Of a DNA stretch of 64,000 bases, positions 1 to 9,227 are shown in pieces. The stretch is taken from positions 32,001 through 96,000 of the forward strand of contig JBOEGD010000009.1 in the NCBI GenBank assembly GCA_050633245.1, given 5' to 3'. Position 1 is the stretch's first letter, and every line of letters begins with the position of its first letter. Both the position numbers and the translations under genes were made by a program. This DNA comes from Calditrichia bacterium. GTDB taxonomy: Bacteria; Calditrichota; Calditrichia; RBG-13-44-9; J075. The notes beneath the pieces are model-generated. The model made no database searches. It was not told where the DNA came from and saw nothing but the letters and a program-made list of their open reading frames with translations.

Positions 1-120
1 TACTAATTCGGCGCAATTTAGCCCGCTATAGATGGTTATTAAAGAACTTTTTAACAATTTAAACATTGATGCAGGTCAATTTGACAAAAAAATATGCGAC
101 TCGCCTGCATAAAGTTTATA

Positions 121-1137
121 CTATCGGCGATTTACATAGAAATCTAAAATCTGGCGCTTCATATTAAACGGTTCAATTGCATTGAGCCTGAGAGCTTCCA
201 CCTGACTACCTATTTTTAGTTCATCTATCGGAACAGAACTTTCGCACTCAATTAATGCTTCACAGGGCAAATGCCCCAGAATCTTTGAGCCAACCGTTTC
301 GATGCCCAGCAGCGCCGCTTCATTAGAGAAAACCTCTACCAAATCCGTGAGTCGCGTGCGCGTATAGTCAGGAACATTGCAAAGCATTCGAACAACTTTC
401 TTGTCCGGACGATCATCCACAAAAGTGTTAACTTGTTTAAGCAAACGCGAAATCTCTTCAAAAGTCCAATTTCCGTGCATTTCCCCATTTTCTTCTGCGT
501 CCAAACGTTCGTGCACTTTGCTTAACTCATCTATCAACTCGATGTCTTCGGTATCAAAATAAATCGCAAAATTCAGGTGGAATAATCTTGCACCAACAAC
601 TGCAACGCCGACTTCCGGATCAAAATCGACAGATCCAAGATCAGGTTGCCACTCCTCTTCGTTCAAAAGCTCCGGCAGGTTTAAGTGGTGAAATTGTCGA
701 AATACGCGAAAATCTCGCCGCTCACGATTTCTGGCGGACTCACCAAATAAAAATATCGGCAGCGTTCGTTTCGCCAGGAGTTTATTTGAGAATTCCTCTG
801 CTGCCTTTTTAGCGTGGTCCATTTCGGCGGCGCAGAATGGCAGAAAAGAGACAAGGTCTAAACTTCCCAGGGCGGAAAGCTCTTCGTCTCTTTCACTTAA
901 CCTGACTCGCGAAAAAACTTCTTCGGCAATATTTAACGACGCGGCAACAACCTTTTTAGACGGCCCACAAAAAAGTATATTTGTGCGATCGTAATAGCTG
1001 TTCGGATGCACATTTACAAGTCTACAGGAAGGTGTATCAGAAATTCTTTTTGCAACGGCATCAATGATGTCTGCATCTCGTCCCTTGCTAAAATAAATTG
1101 ACGCAATTAACGAACTGTCAACTGTTTTGGCTTTCAA
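121..1137 (-). CDS. Glutamate formiminotransferase (FTCD N-terminal)-like protein, apparently degenerate
   Basis: Aligns by eye with FTCD motifs (FSKGRD ~ FSEGR, WQPDLG ~ WKPDFG, VVGAR). The catalytic HPRMG segment reads LSALG. TTG start overlaps the end of bshA. Confidence 0.7.
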   Translation of the reverse strand: MKAKTVDSSLIASIYFSKGRDADIIDAVAKRISDTPSCRLVNVHPNSYYDRTNILFCGPSKKVVAASLNIAEEVFSRVRLSERDEELSALGSLDLVSFLPFCAAEMDHAKKAAEEFSNKLLAKRTLPIFLFGESARNRERRDFRVFRQFHHLNLPELLNEEEWQPDLGSVDFDPEVGVAVVGARLFHLNFAIYFDTEDIELIDELSKVHERLDAEENGEMHGNWTFEEISRLLKQVNTFVDDRPDKKVVRMLCNVPDYTRTRLTDLVEVFSNEAALLGIETVGSKILGHLPCEALIECESSVPIDELKIGSQVEALRLNAIEPFNMKRQILDFYVNRR

Positions 1138-2275
1138 GCGCTATCTTTCCGCTTTTTGATAGAACATCTTCATATAGCCGAATATACTGCGGAATTATGA
1201 AATCTGAATGAAAATTATCTAAAGCATGTTTACGCGCCTGCCTAGATAATCGTTCCTGCAATTCAGGATCTTTCAGTATTTTCAGTGCATACTTACTCAT
1301 GGTTTCCACATCGCCCACGTTGGCATGATAACCCGTTTCTCCATGGATATTTACTTCCGGTAAACCACCGGCATTACTCGTAATACACGGCAGACCACAC
1401 GTCATGGCCTCAAGAGCAGCGAGTCCAAAGCTCTCGGTATTACTCGGCATCAAAAAGATATCGCCAAGCGCGAGAAGATAATAGACATCGTCCTGTTTTC
1501 CGAGGAAAATAACGTCCGAGTCAATACCAAGCTCCGCAGCCCGCCTTTCGGCATGCGCGCGATCGGGACCGTCACCGATTAATACAAGCTTCACCGGCAT
1601 CTCCTTACGAATTCTCGCTGCAACCTCAATCGTATCCAAAACGCGCTTTACAGGTCTGAAATTAGAGAGGTGAATAAGTATTGGTTCGCCACCGGGAGCC
1701 ATGCGTTCCCGAATCTTAAGACAAGCAGCCTTTTGGGAAGGATTCTCGCGAATAAAATTATGAATAACATCGATGGGAACGGTGGGCTGGAACGTGCGCA
1801 AGGTTTCTTCGCGTAGAAATGCTGAAACAGCTGTTACCGCATCGCTCTGATTAATACTGTGCTGCGTAATTCGCATAAACGAAGGGTCGGCCCCAACCAG
1901 CGTTATATCCGTTCCGTGGAGCGTCGTAATCACAGGAAGCTGTCGCTGTTCCTTTATCATATCCCGAGCCAGGTAGGCCGAGAGCGCATGCGGAATCGCA
2001 TAGTGCACGTGAAGTAAATCGAGCTCCTCACGCAAAGCGATATCGGCCATTTTTGTAGCCAACGCCAACGCGTAGGGCGGATATTCGAACAGAGGATATT
2101 CTGTTGTAACAACTTCGTGAAAAAAAATATTGCTTTGAAAACCATTCAGGCGGTGTGGCAATGCGTAGCTGATAAAGTGGACTTCATGACCAAGAAGAGC
2201 CAAGTTCTTACCGAGTTCCGTTGCAACAACACCACTTCCACCGTAGGTGGGATAACAAGAGATGCCTATTTTCAT
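1118..2275 (-). CDS. bshA: N-acetyl-alpha-D-glucosaminyl L-malate synthase (bacillithiol biosynthesis)
   Basis: MKIGISCYPTYGGSGVVATELG, LHVHYAIPHA, TTLHGTDITLVG and ESFGLAALEA are BshA signatures. Confidence 0.93.
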   Translation of the reverse strand: MKIGISCYPTYGGSGVVATELGKNLALLGHEVHFISYALPHRLNGFQSNIFFHEVVTTEYPLFEYPPYALALATKMADIALREELDLLHVHYAIPHALSAYLARDMIKEQRQLPVITTLHGTDITLVGADPSFMRITQHSINQSDAVTAVSAFLREETLRTFQPTVPIDVIHNFIRENPSQKAACLKIRERMAPGGEPILIHLSNFRPVKRVLDTIEVAARIRKEMPVKLVLIGDGPDRAHAERRAAELGIDSDVIFLGKQDDVYYLLALGDIFLMPSNTESFGLAALEAMTCGLPCITSNAGGLPEVNIHGETGYHANVGDVETMSKYALKILKDPELQERLSRQARKHALDNFHSDFIIPQYIRLYEDVLSKSGKIALESQNS

Positions 2276-3795
2276 GCGATTTCTTCTATGTCCTTCGCTA
2301 TAATGACCTGATTGCGGCCTGATTTTTTAGCGACGTAGAGAGCTTGATCTGCAAAGGATATCAGTTCGGTCTCAGCAGGAGCATCTTGTGGAAATGATGC
2401 CAGCCCAACACTGATAGTCACCTTCCCCATCGGCTGAACTTCTTCCCGAAAAAATCCGGCTTCTTCAACCTTTACCCGGATCCGTTCTGCCAGTGCTGCG
2501 GCACCACCCTGGGTTGCACGCGGCAAAATGATTGCAAACTCCTCGCCACCATATCTGGCTACAATATCGTTATCCCGCACCGACTTTTTCAAGATATTAC
2601 TTACTTTTCGTAAAACATCGTCTCCCGCAGGATGTCCAAGCGTATCATTATAGTTTTTAAAATGGTCTACGTCCATTATCAAGAGCGACAGAGAGGAGCT
2701 TTCGCGACGAGCGCGAGCCAGCTCTTCTTTCAGGCGCAGGCGAAAAAAACGATAGTTGTGTAGACCCGTCATGCCATCGGTATAAGACATTTCACGCAGT
2801 CGTTCGTAGTTCTGGGCATTGTGAGTGGCAACAGACAACATATTTGTGAGGATACCGAGGGTTTCAAGATTTTCTTTGGAATAGGGTTCACCTTTGAAGT
2901 TTGCCCCCAGACAAACCATGCCGATAATATCGTCATTGCGAAGCATCGGAGAAACAACTTCAATTTCAGCCTTTTGAAGCGCCGCACATACATCAGCAAA
3001 TTCCTCGGGTAGTTCACTTAATTGCAGCGCTTTTTTCTGCAGCTCAAGATAATGAATCAATCCGCTGTGCCTCGAAAAATGTAGCTGACTGAGTATATCA
3101 TCGTTCATTCCGCGCGAGTCGATTACAGAAAAGAAGTCTTCATCGGCTTTGGTTGCCTGCATCATAACAGCGTTACGCGTACCAAAGATACCCAATATAT
3201 TTACCAGCGCCTTACGCACCAGCTTGGGAAACTCCAGCTGGCCCATTACGCGATAAGAAACCTCGAATAAGTTATGAAAATCGTAGAGCTTGCGCTGTAG
3301 CTGCTTATTTGTCTTTACCAAAACGGAGTTCAGACGACTAATTTGCTTGTTCGCGTCATCAACCTCAACAGTCCGTCGCACCAGAGTATCCTGTAAACTT
3401 TTAATGCGCAGCATATTTTTAATGCGCGCAAGCAATTCATCGAAGTCGAAAGGTTTGGTAATATAGTCATCAGCACCAGCTTCAAGAGCTGTGACCATAT
3501 CCCACTTTTCCTTTTTGGCTGTCAGCACGATAATCGGCAGATAAGATGGAAGCTTCTGATTGCGAATCCTTTTAGTAGCTGCAATGCCGTCCAACTCCGG
3601 CATCATCAAATCAAGCAAGATTAGATCCGGCTCGTGTTCTACAATTTTTTCAATAACTTCGCGGCTTTGCAGGCAGCTACGCACATCGTAATCATGACGT
3701 ACAAGATAAGCCCTTAGAAGCTTATGAACAGACTGCTCATCATCTACAACTAAGATGCGTGGTTTACGCGATTCGCCGGTATTTGATTGATTCAT
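2272..3795 (-). CDS. Response-regulator diguanylate cyclase (REC-GAF-like-GGDEF)
   Basis: N-terminal receiver (VVDDE, LLDLMMP, KPF), C-terminal ARYGGEEF with an RDND I-site. Stop overlaps the bshA start (ATGA). Confidence 0.9.
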   Translation of the reverse strand: MNQSNTGESRKPRILVVDDEQSVHKLLRAYLVRHDYDVRSCLQSREVIEKIVEHEPDLILLDLMMPELDGIAATKRIRNQKLPSYLPIIVLTAKKEKWDMVTALEAGADDYITKPFDFDELLARIKNMLRIKSLQDTLVRRTVEVDDANKQISRLNSVLVKTNKQLQRKLYDFHNLFEVSYRVMGQLEFPKLVRKALVNILGIFGTRNAVMMQATKADEDFFSVIDSRGMNDDILSQLHFSRHSGLIHYLELQKKALQLSELPEEFADVCAALQKAEIEVVSPMLRNDDIIGMVCLGANFKGEPYSKENLETLGILTNMLSVATHNAQNYERLREMSYTDGMTGLHNYRFFRLRLKEELARARRESSSLSLLIMDVDHFKNYNDTLGHPAGDDVLRKVSNILKKSVRDNDIVARYGGEEFAIILPRATQGGAAALAERIRVKVEEAGFFREEVQPMGKVTISVGLASFPQDAPAETELISFADQALYVAKKSGRNQVIIAKDIEEIA

Positions 3796-3886
3796 TAAAT
3801 CGATTCCGTTTTTACATTACCCTGTTTGATTCGCAGATCAACAGACTTATATTCGTTGAATATACTGACAATTGCAGAGGATTTAC

Positions 3887-4327
3887 ATGAATATTGCCAA
3901 ATCTATGTCTGTAAGAGCGGGGCTCAGGCTATTAATATCGGGTCTTACGGTGGTTATCTTAGCACAATTTAACTCCTGTAGCGGTGATGGATCTACAAAT
4001 GTAGATCCAGAAAATTTTCCAGACAGCAATCTCAGCTGGAACTTGCATATTCGCCCCATTCTTCAGGATAACTGTGCAGTTTCCGGTTGTCATGATTCCG
4101 GAACACAGCAAAATGGATTGGATTTGCAGGCCGACCCACCTACGTTCCAAAGTAATAATCGTCTGGTTGTTGTCCCGTTTAGCCGTACGACCAGCTTTTT
4201 ATATGCAATTTTATTCCAGGAAACAGATGGTATACCGAGAATGCCGAAGGAACGTGGAGCTCTAAGTGATGCGAAGGTCACTGCAATCGGCACGTGGATA
4301 GATGAAGGGGCGAATACGGCGAACTAA
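3887..4327 (+). CDS. Lipoprotein with planctomycete-type cytochrome c domain
   Basis: Lipobox-like FNSC, HIRPILQDNCAVSGCH, RMP and WIDEGA. Start moved to the ATG at 3887 behind GAGG. Confidence 0.7.
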   Translation: MNIAKSMSVRAGLRLLISGLTVVILAQFNSCSGDGSTNVDPENFPDSNLSWNLHIRPILQDNCAVSGCHDSGTQQNGLDLQADPPTFQSNNRLVVVPFSRTTSFLYAILFQETDGIPRMPKERGALSDAKVTAIGTWIDEGANTAN

Positions 4328-4330
4328 GAA

Positions 4331-4354
4331 TGACAAATAAGCGGTGAGCGGTGA
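4331..4354 (+). repeat. 7-nt periodic stop-codon repeat (TGA/TAA every 7 nt)
   Basis: TGAcaaa TAAgcgg TGAgcgg TGA directly after the stop at 4327. Confidence 0.7.
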
Positions 4355-4403
4355 GTAGAATTTGCCACTTGCCTTAAAAACAAAATCCAGAACAAATTTG
4401 CCC

Positions 4404-4438
4404 TATTCACTTTTCACGTTTCACTTTTCACGTTTAAC
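4404..4438 (+). repeat. Heptamer tandem repeat (NTTTCAC)x5, degenerate
   Basis: tattcac ttttcac gtttcac ttttcac gtttaac upstream of hisS. Confidence 0.8.
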
Positions 4439-4467
4439 AACCCAGAACTCAGAAGGTAGCTACAGAC

Positions 4468-5784
4468 ATGAAGGTCCAAGCACAATTATTTAAGGGCACA
4501 CGCGATTTCCTGCCCGAGCAAATGATCAAGAGAAATTACGTCGTATCGAAGATCAAAACGGTCTTCGAAAAATACGGATTCGAGCCTCTGGAAACACCAA
4601 CTATTGAAATGTGGGATACGCTTTCCGGAAAATATGGTGAAGAAGGTGATCGACTGACCTATCGATTTACAGATCGTGGGGGACGCGATGTCGGGTTGCG
4701 CTACGATCTCACAGTGCCCTTTTCGCGCGTGATGGCAATGTATCCGGAACTGCCAAAACCTTTCAAACGTTACCAAATTCAGCCGGTTTGGCGTGCAGAC
4801 AGACCGCAAAAAGGGCGTTTTCGCGAGTTCTATCAGTGCGATGTCGATGTTGTTGGCAGTGACTCCATTATTGCTGATGCAGAAGTTGTTGCTGTTATCT
4901 CTGAAGTGCTGACAACTCTCAACTTCAAGAAATTTGCCATTCGCATTAATAGCAGGAAAGTTTTGGCTGGAATTGTGGAAGCCACGAGCGCCGGAGCCGA
5001 TAAAGAAATGGATGTCTATCGCTCAATCGACAAGCTGGATAAAATCGGTATCGAAGGCGTTAAAAAAGAGTTGGAGGAACGCGGCATTAGCAGTAGCTCC
5101 ACCGCGACTATTCTCGATATTCTGAAAATCGACGGCGATAACGCTACCAGACTTATAAAAGCTACCGAAGCATTGGCGTCTTCAGAAATCGGTATGGCGG
5201 GCATTGCGGAAATCAAAGAGCTCTTTTCCCACCTGAATGGGTATGGCGTTAAAGATTCAGATTTGCGCTTTGATCTTACGCTTGCCAGAGGGCTAGATTA
5301 TTACACAGGAATTATTTGCGAAACCATTGTGGAAGAGCCAAAAATCGGCAGCATCACAGGTGGTGGGCGCTACGACAATTTGATTGGCATGTTCAGCAAG
5401 AACTCTATCCCCGCCACCGGCAGTTCGGTCGGGCTTGAGCGCATTATTACCGTTATGGATGAGCTGGATATGTTTCCGTCAAACTTGAAGACTTCCACGG
5501 AAGTGTTGGTAACGGTATTTAACACAGACTCGCTCCCCTATTCCATTAAGGTAGCAAAGAGACTACGTGAGGCCGGAATTAATGTCGATCTATATACCGG
5601 AACCGTAAAACTTGAGAAACAAATGAAGTTTGCACATAAGAAACAAATTCCATTCGTAGCTATCGCCGGGCCAAATGAAATTGCCATTGAAGAAGTGGTG
5701 ATAAAAAATATGGGCACAGGCGAGTCAAAGAACTTTCGGCTTAACGAATTGGCGGCAGGAGTAGACAAGACATTGGAAAGATAA
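4468..5784 (+). CDS. hisS: Histidine--tRNA ligase
   Basis: KGTRDF, LRYDLTVP, RADRPQKGRFREFYQCD, LARGLDYYTG and GGGRYD motifs. Confidence 0.97.
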   Translation: MKVQAQLFKGTRDFLPEQMIKRNYVVSKIKTVFEKYGFEPLETPTIEMWDTLSGKYGEEGDRLTYRFTDRGGRDVGLRYDLTVPFSRVMAMYPELPKPFKRYQIQPVWRADRPQKGRFREFYQCDVDVVGSDSIIADAEVVAVISEVLTTLNFKKFAIRINSRKVLAGIVEATSAGADKEMDVYRSIDKLDKIGIEGVKKELEERGISSSSTATILDILKIDGDNATRLIKATEALASSEIGMAGIAEIKELFSHLNGYGVKDSDLRFDLTLARGLDYYTGIICETIVEEPKIGSITGGGRYDNLIGMFSKNSIPATGSSVGLERIITVMDELDMFPSNLKTSTEVLVTVFNTDSLPYSIKVAKRLREAGINVDLYTGTVKLEKQMKFAHKKQIPFVAIAGPNEIAIEEVVIKNMGTGESKNFRLNELAAGVDKTLER

Positions 5785-5789
5785 TTTCC

Positions 5790-5818
5790 TTGACTTATTT
5801 GATCGCGTTTCTTATTAT
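5790..5818 (+). promoter_or_regulatory. Sigma70-type promoter
   Basis: TTGACT-N17-TATTAT immediately after the hisS stop. Confidence 0.6.
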
Positions 5819-6247
5819 TTGTCCCGGTTCGGGGAAGCCGCAGAATATCAGCATTTCTTCTGATAACGTTCCCTACTTGTAAAATTTTGTTATAACGACC
5901 TAATGACTTTTTGTGTCGCCAGTAACTCTAACAGATTATTGCATCGCTATATTCAGCTAACCTGCGATGCAGAATCGATCTTGCCTCTAAAATACCGCGC
6001 ACTTCGGCATTTGTTTACATATGCCAATTCTCTCACTCTGGTATTACCCAAATTACATATTTCCACGTCGAATCGCATGGAAACCAACCCAACTTTTTCT
6101 TTTCGACATGCTACGTCAACTTTTTTGAGAGAAGTGCGTTTACTTAATGATATGAGCAGGACAAGAAGGAGTCATCAACAATTCACTGTTTGTGTTTAAA
6201 AGAATTTAGACTGACTATCTTTTTCAACCAAAAAAGATTAAGACAAA

Positions 6248-7675
6248 ATGAAAAATATATTGAAATACATTATTTTAGCACTTCTATTATCTTCCCTGGC
6301 AGTTCATGCTCAGGCAACTGGCTCTACACAGGCCCTTCAGGATAGCTTTATTCATTTAAAAGGGCGCAACGGTCATCTGTTTTTTCCCGTTGAGTATGCC
6401 AGGCTAAGAATAGAATTATCTGCCCTCGAGAAATCCGCATCAAATTCCAACTGGAATTCTTATAGAGATCAGTATGAGGATCTTGAAAAAGATTTGCAGC
6501 TGTGGTTAGCAAACTCCAGCCAGGCAGCGACCAACACCTCTTCAGCATTAGATGCTCGCTCAGAAGCAGTTTTGCTGAAAGCAGAGCAATTCGCAGAAGA
6601 TTTCTTCCAGAAGGGCGATAAGCAACTTCAAAAAGCTGCAGCCTATGTTGCAGAAGGGAATATTGGACGTGCCGAAAAGCATGTCGACAATGCCAGAATA
6701 CTGTATAAAAGAGCAGAGTTGGAAGCAGTCAGGAACAATCTCATTGGCGAGGTTCGCATACTTATTCATGAAAGCCTCGATTTGAAGGCAAATGAATTAG
6801 CGCCGGAGGCCTATGCAAAGGCCAGACAAATGATGGAAGAGACGGAACAAATGGTCCGTTTGGGCAAAGGTTCGACCGTAGACATTTCTTCGCAAAGTCA
6901 GCGTTTGGTTAAGGCAGCGAATACGTTGTTACAACGCGTCCAGACGATTCACCCGCTCTATAAGGTAAAAAGTAATATTGAAGGCTTTCTGGTTAATCTG
7001 GAGGGCAATTTAGCGCTTGTAGCCGAGGAATTGGACTTACTCCCCAATTCCGGAGCAAATGTTGATGATTTGCTAAATAATATGCATCAGGCGGCAAAGA
7101 ATCTGAATAACGAAAAATCCATCCTGATAAAACGAAACCGTCAGCTGGTTGAAGAAAAGCAGGAGCTTGAACAGGAACTTGCCCAGTATCGGGATAAGGC
7201 ACGGGTTCGGCAACAGCGACAGAATGAGATCAACCGTTTTAAGGCGCAGTTGAAGCAGCACGTTTTACAAAACGACAATAAGCTGACCGTTTTGTTAGAC
7301 TCGCTGGCCTTTGAAGAAGAATCAGACGCACTCAGCCCCATACAGCGTGCCCGGTTGAATGAACTAAGCATTGCGCTACAGCATCTAAACATCCACGGTC
7401 TTGAAGTGCGCTATATCAGCTATAGCACATCAACGGTATCACTGTATCAGCATCTTGCGGGCAAACGCGCAGAAAAAATTCGCGATCACTTAAACAGCCT
7501 GTTAAACACGCGAAATGGGATACAGGCTCAGGGAATCGCTTATCAATCCGACTTCTCTTCCCAGGCAACGATAGAGGGGCGTGTTGAGTTAATTATTGAC
7601 CTGGGTGAGACAGCTGCCCCCGGCTATATCTCCACCGGCTACAAGAACGACTCCGGCAGTTCTTTTTCTGAATAA
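6248..7675 (+). CDS. Secreted coiled-coil protein with degenerate OmpA-like C-terminal domain
   Basis: Signal peptide (AVHA-Q), long helical/coiled-coil region, and a C-terminal LAFE...LAGKRAEKIRDHL...RVELII pattern. Confidence 0.6.
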   Translation: MKNILKYIILALLLSSLAVHAQATGSTQALQDSFIHLKGRNGHLFFPVEYARLRIELSALEKSASNSNWNSYRDQYEDLEKDLQLWLANSSQAATNTSSALDARSEAVLLKAEQFAEDFFQKGDKQLQKAAAYVAEGNIGRAEKHVDNARILYKRAELEAVRNNLIGEVRILIHESLDLKANELAPEAYAKARQMMEETEQMVRLGKGSTVDISSQSQRLVKAANTLLQRVQTIHPLYKVKSNIEGFLVNLEGNLALVAEELDLLPNSGANVDDLLNNMHQAAKNLNNEKSILIKRNRQLVEEKQELEQELAQYRDKARVRQQRQNEINRFKAQLKQHVLQNDNKLTVLLDSLAFEEESDALSPIQRARLNELSIALQHLNIHGLEVRYISYSTSTVSLYQHLAGKRAEKIRDHLNSLLNTRNGIQAQGIAYQSDFSSQATIEGRVELIIDLGETAAPGYISTGYKNDSGSSFSE

Positions 7676-7677
7676 CG

Positions 7678-8040
7678 CTAAATATAAAATGCATCCTCAT
7701 AATGGCGTACGGCATATCCTGCGCCTTTGCTATCCACAACAACAACGTCCATCCGAAAGCTCTCTTCACTCCCCTTCCACGTTTCTATGAAAGCCTGAGC
7801 CAATCGATAAAGCTGTCTTTGCTTACGCGGAGTTACGCGTTCTTCCGGTCTTCCCATTTTGCTACTGCGTCCTGCCTTTACCTCTACAAAAATGAGTGTG
7901 TTGTCTTTGCTGACAATCAGATCAAGTTCGCCCCGTCCAATTTTGTAGTTGCGATAGCGAATGGAATAGCCTTTTTCGATAAGATATTCGGCTGCAATAG
8001 ATTCCCCCCAGGAACCGACCTGTTTATTGTGATCTGCCAT
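7678..8040 (-). CDS. yraN: YraN family (UPF0102) protein
   Basis: GSWGESIAAEYL, RNY, GELDLI, FVEVK and RMDVV motifs. Confidence 0.9.
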   Translation of the reverse strand: MADHNKQVGSWGESIAAEYLIEKGYSIRYRNYKIGRGELDLIVSKDNTLIFVEVKAGRSSKMGRPEERVTPRKQRQLYRLAQAFIETWKGSEESFRMDVVVVDSKGAGYAVRHYEDAFYI

Positions 8041-8143
8041 GTTTTCTCCATTGTATGAAATTACTGCGGGGGAAGAAATAAAAACGGGAGGAACCGCCTG
8101 TTTACGCTATAACTTGAACAGGCGGATAGGAACAGGAGCGTGG

Positions 8144-9046
8144 CTACCTCTTTTGAGCGGCACTCAATTCTTTGTAAACATTACCAAATGTCTCTCTGGC
8201 CAAGGCATGACTCGCGTTAATTTCAGTCTTCAGGAACCACGTTCCGGCATCCCCTTTGTAGAATTCAATCATTTTATCAATCTCGGCGTCGGTGGCATCT
8301 TTATACATAAATCCAGCGACTGCGGGTAAAACCGCGGCCATCTGCGCTCCCATCAGTTGCCTTACCTCATCAGTGGCGGCCAGAATGTCTGCATCACTCA
8401 TTTTACTCTCAGCGGGCAACGCTGCATTCAATGCCTTTAGTGAGGACTCCTGAATGACGCTTACAAAATCGGTTGCAACACTAGACAACCCCAGTTCTTG
8501 AAAATAGCTGTTCACCTTTTCAATGCGTTCCGGGTTTGGTGCGCCAGTTTGCATTACCTCCATATATTGCATTAATGGTGCTTCGCCTTCAGGAGAGTTT
8601 ACAAATCGTTCCATTTCACTTAATCGCTTTCCGACAGGACTCTCAAGCCAGACGATGGTTGCCGCCAGATGCTCGGCACTGTAGTTTTTAGAGAAATGCT
8701 TTTTATACGTTGAGGTAAGCGCCTCGGGGGTTATTACTTTTTCAATCACGCTATTTACAAGCGTAATTTGTTGCTCTCCCAGCTTATCTGCCATTGCGGT
8801 AAGGTTACTAGTCATTTGCGCCTGCATATCATTGCCGATACCGGCAATCTCTACATCTACTTTGTCCAGAATATAATACTTTTCCAGCATAGCCGTTTGT
8901 GAAGCCGCAATCGGTGCAGGTGTTCGCTTGGTAGCTTCATTCACAATCTTCTTCTTACCGTCTTCAGCAGAGTTCATAGTCTCTTGTTTTGTTGCCCCAC
9001 AGCCAAGAAGCAGTAATAAGGCAATAAAAAATGGGAACAGTCTCAT
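8144..9046 (-). CDS. Lipoprotein, DUF2059-like
   Basis: Lipobox LLGC, with two repeats of the Y...S.E.L......W/F.SP.G pattern typical of DUF2059. Confidence 0.65.
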   Translation of the reverse strand: MRLFPFFIALLLLLGCGATKQETMNSAEDGKKKIVNEATKRTPAPIAASQTAMLEKYYILDKVDVEIAGIGNDMQAQMTSNLTAMADKLGEQQITLVNSVIEKVITPEALTSTYKKHFSKNYSAEHLAATIVWLESPVGKRLSEMERFVNSPEGEAPLMQYMEVMQTGAPNPERIEKVNSYFQELGLSSVATDFVSVIQESSLKALNAALPAESKMSDADILAATDEVRQLMGAQMAAVLPAVAGFMYKDATDAEIDKMIEFYKGDAGTWFLKTEINASHALARETFGNVYKELSAAQKR

Positions 9047-9202
9047 CGTCTTCCTCCTCAGGAATCTCGATTATTTGCAGATTACAACACGCCGGTGGCG
9101 AGCAATGTTGGCTTCAATATATATTAGAATGGAATGACAGAATTTGGAATTGTGGTGATCGGTCAATTTTTCTCTTGCACCTTTGTAAATCAACCAAAAT
9201 TT

Positions 9203-9227
9203 TCACAACTCACAACTCACAACTCAC
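9203..9227 (-). repeat. Heptamer tandem repeat (GTTGTGA)n supplying the folD stop
   Basis: + strand (TCACAAC)x3 TCAC. The TGA at 9217-9219 is the folD stop. Confidence 0.85.

Noticed and set aside
5821-5880. GGGG-starting hairpin as tRNA, tmRNA or SRP RNA
   Set aside because: It lacks a T-loop, acceptor ends and the SRP GGAA/AGCAG motif; kept only as an unknown RNA candidate.
5903-6199. 98-aa ORF in the hisS downstream spacer
   Set aside because: It has no SD and no protein-like composition or recognisable motif; a non-coding role is more likely.
6239-6258. Third TTTGTCTTA (minus strand)
   Set aside because: There is no GG at the -24 position and it overlaps a start codon; probably chance.
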